Below are positions 54,065-59,666 of a stretch of 59,666 nucleotides of DNA, in pieces (the first letter of the stretch is position 1; every line of letters begins with the position of its first letter). The stretch spans positions 1 through 59,666 of IMG/VR virus record IMGVR_UViG_3300034152_000748; one strand, written 5' to 3'. The notes below the pieces were generated by a model. That model was not told where the DNA came from and ran no database searches. It saw nothing but the letters and a program-made list of their open reading frames with translations. Position numbers and translations under genes: made by a program. This stretch comes from a virus. Its lineage: Duplodnaviria > Caudoviricetes.

Positions 54065-54597
54065 TATGTTGGTCCTCCCATCTTATAAGGAAGGTTACTT
54101 AACGTTGTCTCATAATGAGCGTATGTCACTCCACTCACGGTTGTGCCGTCCCAATCACTGTCGTTGTCACTTTTTATTAAAGTCACAATGTAATCTGTTT
54201 TATTCAATGGAACGTTTCTTGACAATTGTGACGCCGTGGGAACGGCATTGGTTCTGACAACGTCCTCCACACTTATGTTGCACTGCCTGTTTTGTTTTGT
54301 TAAATCATAAATTGACTCTGGATTGACAATCACGTCCTCAGTTCCAGAAATGTACCCACTGCATGTTGTGTATATTATGTATTCCCCGTCTGTAGGTATG
54401 GTTTCCACGGTTCTATACACTCCGGGCTCATAACTGGATTCTGACAAAATGCCAGAAATAGGAGGAACAAGAGCAACGTCAACGTTGGCGTCTCGTATCT
54501 CATAATATACAGTTTGACCAGTAACCAATGATCCAAGGTCATCATCCACAACTGTAGCCACTATAGGAAATTCTTCTAACTTGTCTACTCTTATCAT
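54064..54597 (-). CDS. Ig-like structural protein (MIRVDKLEE...)
   Basis: Start re-called at ATG 54597 (AGGGG RBS); beta-strand pattern PGVYRT...DGEYIIY. Confidence 0.55.
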   Translation of the reverse strand: MIRVDKLEEFPIVATVVDDDLGSLVTGQTVYYEIRDANVDVALVPPISGILSESSYEPGVYRTVETIPTDGEYIIYTTCSGYISGTEDVIVNPESIYDLTKQNRQCNISVEDVVRTNAVPTASQLSRNVPLNKTDYIVTLIKSDNDSDWDGTTVSGVTYAHYETTLSNLPYKMGGPT

Positions 54598-54614
54598 TTT
54601 ATTTCCCCTGTAAA

Positions 54615-55667
54615 TTAAAATACGGTTTTCCAAGCATCTCCTATATTCATTTTCATTTCTGACACATCTTTCCAAGCACCACCTACATTTATTTTTACCT
54701 CTTCAACATCCTTCCAGACACCTCCCACATTAACCTTCATGTCCATAGAAGGCCCGGCCGCCACATACTCGTCAAACCCAATGTCCCATGAGCCGCTTCT
54801 CGTGTCACCGTCTATATCGTCATCGAAAGCATAGGTGCCGTCTGAGGAGAGGTCTGTGCCCTGGTCCTTGGCCGTGCTGTCACCACTGGAAAGATGACAG
54901 TCTCCCCCCGCCGCGTTAACAAACGTAACAGACGCACCCTCTGCGGTACACGTGGTTTTTGACCATGTGCCATACCAGTCTCCATCACTGCCATCAACTG
55001 CTATACAGTTTTTGGCTACACCTGTTCCTCCGTTTTGATAAAAGCAATATCCGCCAGGACTGTAGGACGTGCAGTTGTAGAAATATCCAGTGCCAGAATG
55101 TTGAAAGAAGCCCTGAGACTCGACATTATACGATAAGCAATTTATAAAATAACACGTCTTCCCGGCATCTGTTTCCATACCGAACCCTGAGTAACCGCCG
55201 CTGCCAGAGTTGTTAGAGTTAGCCACTATAACACCAGTCATATCACCGTAATCACAATCCCCACCAAACCATGCAGTACGCCGCCAGTGTGTACTGTTGT
55301 ATGTTAGCGTTAAAATAACATCTTGCAGCGAAAAATAGTCGCAATATATCTGGAATATTGGAATTGAACCACTGCTTGAGAAGTGAACCCCGTTGTTCGG
55401 CGTACCGTCATGCCCCTCACCATCAGCAGGCCGAATAATCCTAAAATAACTGCTACTGGTAGTCGCCCCGCCTATGGTTACATAATCATCAAAACTCGCC
55501 GCATCGTCATATATCTCAAGTACCTCGCTCTGTTCCGCCGTCACCAAATCGTTGTCCGTGGCCTGCTCCCAGTTCGTCAGTTCGCTGTTCGTGAGGTCGT
55601 AGTCACGGGTGTTGTTGCCGCCCGTGCTGACGTTTTCGTTGGTGCCCGTCCTGCGACTAGAAGACAT
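54615..55667 (-). CDS. Beta-helix (pectin-lyase-like) fibre/spike protein with C-terminal GGxWK repeats
   Basis: INCLSYN, YNCTSY, AKNCIA rungs; DCHLSSGDSTAKDQG...DDDIDGDTR.GSWDIGFDE; three K.NVGG.WK repeats. Confidence 0.65.
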   Translation of the reverse strand: MSSSRRTGTNENVSTGGNNTRDYDLTNSELTNWEQATDNDLVTAEQSEVLEIYDDAASFDDYVTIGGATTSSSYFRIIRPADGEGHDGTPNNGVHFSSSGSIPIFQIYCDYFSLQDVILTLTYNSTHWRRTAWFGGDCDYGDMTGVIVANSNNSGSGGYSGFGMETDAGKTCYFINCLSYNVESQGFFQHSGTGYFYNCTSYSPGGYCFYQNGGTGVAKNCIAVDGSDGDWYGTWSKTTCTAEGASVTFVNAAGGDCHLSSGDSTAKDQGTDLSSDGTYAFDDDIDGDTRSGSWDIGFDEYVAAGPSMDMKVNVGGVWKDVEEVKINVGGAWKDVSEMKMNIGDAWKTVF

Positions 55668-55669
55668 TT

Positions 55670-56191
55670 TTATTCCTGCCTCCCAACAAATTCTCTCTTA
55701 ATTTCTTCTCCAGAAACTCCTATGGAATTTCTAAGACACTCTATCGCTGACTTATCCAATTTAACACCAACTGCCTTATCATATATGTCTTTATAATCCA
55801 AAACTATTTTATTATCCAACAACGGTTGATAGTCGTCTTCTTCGTCTCTAACCCTCTTCCAATCAATAACCACCCCTTTAGCTTTTGCCATAACGTCAAT
55901 GTCAGAAAAAGTCACTCTAAATCTATTTTTAGCCAATGAAATTCTACTCTCGCCAATTGGATCTACATTAATGTCTGTCTTTCCGTCATATAAACAATGT
56001 CTAAATACAGCCCTACAATCTTGCCATGTTTTAAATAAATCACCAAAATCTATAGGCACAAACAAATATTGTTTACGAGTCTTTCTGCCACCAGAAGACA
56101 CTCCCCAAGGATGAATCCCAACAATGTCCCCTTCAAACTTTCTATTTGCCTCAATGGCTTCGTTAGCTAAAGTAAATTGTATTACAGCCAT
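55670..56191 (-). CDS. Hypothetical protein, 173 aa
   Basis: AAGGAG RBS, tight packing. Confidence 0.6.
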   Translation of the reverse strand: MAVIQFTLANEAIEANRKFEGDIVGIHPWGVSSGGRKTRKQYLFVPIDFGDLFKTWQDCRAVFRHCLYDGKTDINVDPIGESRISLAKNRFRVTFSDIDVMAKAKGVVIDWKRVRDEEDDYQPLLDNKIVLDYKDIYDKAVGVKLDKSAIECLRNSIGVSGEEIKREFVGRQE

Positions 56192-56210
56192 TTTAATTCT
56201 CCTTTCATAA

Positions 56211-57896
56211 TTAAGTAGTATACTTTATCCATAAAGCTCCCTCTGTAACAGTACCTGCGTCTGGTGGATCGCCTGTACCATAACACACATTCACTAATTC
56301 ATCAGACATTCCAGGACCATGATTACTTACACTCATACCAGTCCCACTAGATGTAAGATTAGAACTTCCTATATAAACACTATCGCCTGATGTGTGTATA
56401 TCGTTACAATATATATCTCCAGTTCCAGAAATTGTACCAAAGGTATAAATGTTGTTACAATAAACGTCACCTGTTCCAGAAACTGTGTTAGAACCGAAAT
56501 TCCAATTAGACTCCAAATACTCTAAAGCGTCTTTAACAGTGTCCCCAGTTACAGAAGAATCATTACCAATTCCAGACGACTTTTCCAAAAAGGACTCGGT
56601 TTGTACAATTGTTTCATAGTTCACTTCATCGGACCAACTACTATGACTGTATGCATCCATGCGCACAGTTTCACTTAAGTAAGTAGTTAGATTTACTTGT
56701 TTAAAATAACAATCTCTAAAATGATTTGAATCACTGTCAAAACCATAAATACGCATGTCTACGTCTTGATATCCAAGCCAAGGGTCTTTATTATAAAATT
56801 TAACGTCATGTAATTCAAAAATTGATCCAAACTCGATGAAAGAGCAGTCAAAATCTATGTTTTTACCATACTCCAATAAGACGGAAGTTCCTGACACAGT
56901 ACCGGTAAACCTACAGTCTTCCGCATGAAACACCGCAGATCCGGCGTCATTAAGAACAGCAACATCTCCCTCTATACAACATCCTTTAAAAAAAAGCTCA
57001 TGTTGCGCCCCTGAGTCCCCAGGAACTACGTCAATGGTGTAATTACCAGTAAGTTTAATCCCTTCTCTACAAAAATCATCTACTGTGGAATCGTAATTAA
57101 TGTAATCTCCACACAAATACAACAAACCCATCCAAGTGACATAAGGAACAAAATACTGCTTTTCGGTTGATATATATCTGTTAATATTGCCGTCTATTAT
57201 TACATTTCTACCTATGATGGTTATAGATCTATGTGGCACTGATAAATTTTCTGCATAAGTTCCTGGGGTCAATATATTTATTAAAAAATGTTCTTGAAAT
57301 TCCTCTGCTGAAGCAGCGTAACCTATCTCATCCAATGCTTGTTGAATAGTACCATAAGGAGCGGTCAGAGAACCAGACTGCGTAAGAACTGGAAATGAAG
57401 TGCCACCATCAACGTACATTACATAATCAAAATCAATGTCTAACCCGTCTATTTGTTCTTGTAAAGTACCAGAAACAGAGGTTAGTTGATCTGACGAAGC
57501 AAACCCAGTGTGACCTGAAGAAACATAACTCAAATTATTTAAAGCGGAATGATCAGTAATGCCACTGGCAGTGGCTACAAGAAAATCCACTTCAGATTCT
57601 GTATAATAACGGTCATCATGTGTGTGACCTAAATCAGATTTACCATCAACATTGGATTGCAGGGTTCCAGAAATTGTGTCAACCTGTGACTTAAGATAAT
57701 ATCTAACGTCGCCCCTTGAATCGGTATGATATTGTGGATGATCGTCGTCCAACAACCCATGCAACAACCCGTGATCCTCCACAATAGAACCACTTACAGT
57801 GGCCAATAAGGAATCGATCTCTGATTCAACATAGTACCTGTCATCGTGGTAGTGAATCAGAGCTGCCGATTGTTTTGGTTTTCTTAAAATTATCAT
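56211..57896 (-). CDS. Tail fibre-like protein with His-rich fibre motifs and a central beta-helix, 561 aa
   Basis: HDDRYY twice, HGLLHGLLDDDHPQYH, HTHDDRYYTESE, PYGTIQQALD...PGTYAENL, repeated SGTGD.YCN.I. Confidence 0.65.
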   Translation of the reverse strand: MIILRKPKQSAALIHYHDDRYYVESEIDSLLATVSGSIVEDHGLLHGLLDDDHPQYHTDSRGDVRYYLKSQVDTISGTLQSNVDGKSDLGHTHDDRYYTESEVDFLVATASGITDHSALNNLSYVSSGHTGFASSDQLTSVSGTLQEQIDGLDIDFDYVMYVDGGTSFPVLTQSGSLTAPYGTIQQALDEIGYAASAEEFQEHFLINILTPGTYAENLSVPHRSITIIGRNVIIDGNINRYISTEKQYFVPYVTWMGLLYLCGDYINYDSTVDDFCREGIKLTGNYTIDVVPGDSGAQHELFFKGCCIEGDVAVLNDAGSAVFHAEDCRFTGTVSGTSVLLEYGKNIDFDCSFIEFGSIFELHDVKFYNKDPWLGYQDVDMRIYGFDSDSNHFRDCYFKQVNLTTYLSETVRMDAYSHSSWSDEVNYETIVQTESFLEKSSGIGNDSSVTGDTVKDALEYLESNWNFGSNTVSGTGDVYCNNIYTFGTISGTGDIYCNDIHTSGDSVYIGSSNLTSSGTGMSVSNHGPGMSDELVNVCYGTGDPPDAGTVTEGALWIKYTT

Positions 57897-57920
57897 GCGT
57901 TGTTGACCCTTATACGTTTG

Positions 57921-57945
57921 TGGCGCGCCGTTAAACGACGCACCA
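57921..57945 (-). other. GC-rich RNA hairpin in intergenic region
   Basis: Minus-strand UGGUGCGUCG-UUUAA-CGGCGCGCCA pairs fully with two G.U wobbles; no U-tract follows. Confidence 0.5.
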
Positions 57946-57989
57946 CCGGATTTTATATAACATAAAAATTTACATCACAAAACCATCTA

Positions 57990-58352
57990 TTATTCTTTGT
58001 GAACGTACTTAGTCACTGCCGCGGCCATAGCCTCTTTGAACACTTCATCCCTCAGAATTTCAGCCACAACGTAACTCTGCTCATCAATGTTCCATTGTCT
58101 GTCTATGGCGAGATCCCCATGTCTAACCGCCTGTTTTGCAACCATGTTTGAGGTCTCTATGGCGTTCTGCATGCACTGATTGATGAGATTTCTCTTCACC
58201 TCAGTGTCTTGCTGAGCGTCCACAAGAATCTTGTCTACATGAGTTCTGTTCCTTTTAATGCTTTCAAGACTTTCCTGCTGATACTCGTCATAAGTTCTCT
58301 TGATGTTGGCAAACCAAGCCTCGTCTTTGCCCACCTCAAACGATCTTTCCAT
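57990..58352 (-). CDS. Helical hypothetical protein, tandem paralogue A
   Basis: FEVGKDEAWFANIKRTYDE...ETSNMVAKQAVRH; AAGGGGG RBS. Confidence 0.7.
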   Translation of the reverse strand: MERSFEVGKDEAWFANIKRTYDEYQQESLESIKRNRTHVDKILVDAQQDTEVKRNLINQCMQNAIETSNMVAKQAVRHGDLAIDRQWNIDEQSYVVAEILRDEVFKEAMAAAVTKYVHKE

Positions 58353-58373
58353 TGTCAATTACCCCCTTATAAT

Positions 58374-58769
58374 TTATTTTATTTCACCTCGAACAAATTC
58401 AGCGACAATTTTAGCAAGAGCAGTTTTGGCTTGTTCGTCCTTCAAAATTTCTTCAACAATCAGATCCTGCTCTTCAACGTTAAATTTCCTGTCCGACGCT
58501 ACATCTGTATGTCTAATAGACTGTTTGGCCACCATGTTTGCCGTCTCAACAGCAAGCTGCAAAGCCTGAATGGCAATGGCGTCCTTGGCCTGGTCACTTT
58601 CAGCCTTCTGAGCCAACACAGAGTCAATGTGAGTTCTGTCTCTTCTCTTAACTTCCATACCCTCATACTGACCCTCATCATACTCTCTTTTACGATTGGC
58701 AAACCAAGCTTCGTCCCTTCCTATTTCAAATTCTTCTTCTTCATGCCTATTTTTCCAAAAACCAAACAT
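58374..58769 (-). CDS. Helical hypothetical protein, tandem paralogue B
   Basis: FEIGRDEAWFANRKREYDE...ETANMVAKQSIRH; AAGGAGG upstream. Confidence 0.7.
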   Translation of the reverse strand: MFGFWKNRHEEEEFEIGRDEAWFANRKREYDEGQYEGMEVKRRDRTHIDSVLAQKAESDQAKDAIAIQALQLAVETANMVAKQSIRHTDVASDRKFNVEEQDLIVEEILKDEQAKTALAKIVAEFVRGEIK

Positions 58770-58928
58770 GTCCCTTTACCTCCTTAATCAATCGTTTTAA
58801 ATCTACCGGTTATTTTATCCCAAATGCAAAAATCATTGCTTCCCCGGCAAATCATCTAATACATCAATGTTGTTATCCGCGTGATAAAATTAAGCATAAT
58901 GTCTAAGCCCCACACTAAACGTTTGTGT

Positions 58929-59519
58929 TTAATCCCAATCCAATTCTGACACTTGAACTTGACACGGCCCAATGTCAGTGTCAACAAACAATGGGTTTCC
59001 ATTTTCTCCAACCGACACAACAAAATACCTTGCGGTTTGTTCTTCAAACGTAAAAGTCCAAGCAATTTCCCCCGGCGCTGTATGAGAAAAAGGAGGATTT
59101 AAATAAGCGTCCACTTCCGTATAATAAGAATTGTCATTGGACTTGGCTAAAGTAAAGTACGCGTCAAAAAAAGTGTACCCTGTTGGAGTTCCCCCATTGT
59201 CAGTCACACAATGCAACGTAAACGAACTCATAGGAACAGCATAACCAAAATCCATGCCAGATCTAGAACTAATCTCTGAAAGAACTGATTCTTGCCCTTC
59301 TCCACAACTGTCGGCTTCATATAAAACACCGTCATTCAACGCCGGACACTCATGCTCCAATGGATAGCATATTTCATACGGATTTATAGAATCTCGTTCA
59401 TGATACATAACAGGATCCAACTCATCTACAGACAACTTTCTAACCAACCAGGTACTGCTTGTTGAACTGGCATAAAACAAAAAACCGAAAAAGAACAAAA
59501 CAACAAACAACTTTTTCAT
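58929..59519 (-). CDS. Signal-peptide-bearing exported protein, 196 aa
   Basis: MKKLFVVLFFFGFLFYASS signal sequence; GAGGTG RBS; C-terminal TFEEQTARYFVVSV is discoidin/CBM-like. Confidence 0.6.
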   Translation of the reverse strand: MKKLFVVLFFFGFLFYASSTSSTWLVRKLSVDELDPVMYHERDSINPYEICYPLEHECPALNDGVLYEADSCGEGQESVLSEISSRSGMDFGYAVPMSSFTLHCVTDNGGTPTGYTFFDAYFTLAKSNDNSYYTEVDAYLNPPFSHTAPGEIAWTFTFEEQTARYFVVSVGENGNPLFVDTDIGPCQVQVSELDWD

Positions 59520-59532
59520 ACATTCACCTCGA

Positions 59533-59664
59533 TTAAGAATGTTTTTTCCTAAACACGCAAGTTGACACCACCCAATCCACGTCAGTGGAAGGAATGTCCA
59601 AAAACACCCAATTGCCAGACGCTATGGTTGAGTCGTCTATGTCGGTTGTCTCAACCTCAGCGTA
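59533..59664 (-). CDS. 3' end of a gene entering from the right edge (...YAEVETTDIDDSTIASGNWVFLDIP...RKKHS*)
   Basis: Open frame from the window edge to TAA at 59533, just upstream of the next RBS. Confidence 0.55.
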   Translation of the reverse strand, partial: YAEVETTDIDDSTIASGNWVFLDIPSTDVDWVVSTCVFRKKHS

Positions 59665-59666
59665 AC

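Noticed and set aside
54615-57896. Diversity-generating retroelement target in fibre genes
   Set aside because: No reverse transcriptase and no template/variable repeat pair differing at adenines was seen in the window.
1-59666. Stop-codon reassignment; tRNA or rRNA genes
   Set aside because: TAA, TAG and TGA all terminate tightly packed genes under the standard code; no cloverleaf or rRNA signature was noticed in the short intergenic gaps.

Overview
This window is a 59.7-kb piece of the virion-morphogenesis region of a very large tailed dsDNA virus (jumbo-phage-like; host not identifiable from the sequence). Essentially every credible gene is on the minus strand, tightly packed, with GGAGG/GAGGTG-type ribosome-binding sites and the standard genetic code. 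In transcription order (right to left) it holds fibre/beta-helix proteins, head-tail connector genes, a permuted papain-like amidase, a free-standing Zn-ribbon/PD-(D/E)XK endonuclease, a tail-tube-like gene, probable tail chaperones, one 8613-aa ORF, tail-tip genes and a cluster of paralogous Ig-like proteins. Three things stand out. (1) The 8613-aa ORF is a tape-measure protein fused to a single-chain beta+beta'-like RNA polymerase (motifs in canonical order, intact DFDGD), a Cas4-like nuclease, an amidoligase and a 9-residue repeat stalk. (2) The tail-tube gene is split by three related group I introns with 24-nt and 21-nt micro-exons; hand splicing restores a 535-aa frame, and the middle intron encodes a LAGLIDADG endonuclease. 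(3) A degenerate ComD/ComE-like decarboxylase pair lies between duplicated structural genes. All family assignments come from motif recognition by eye; no database search was run.
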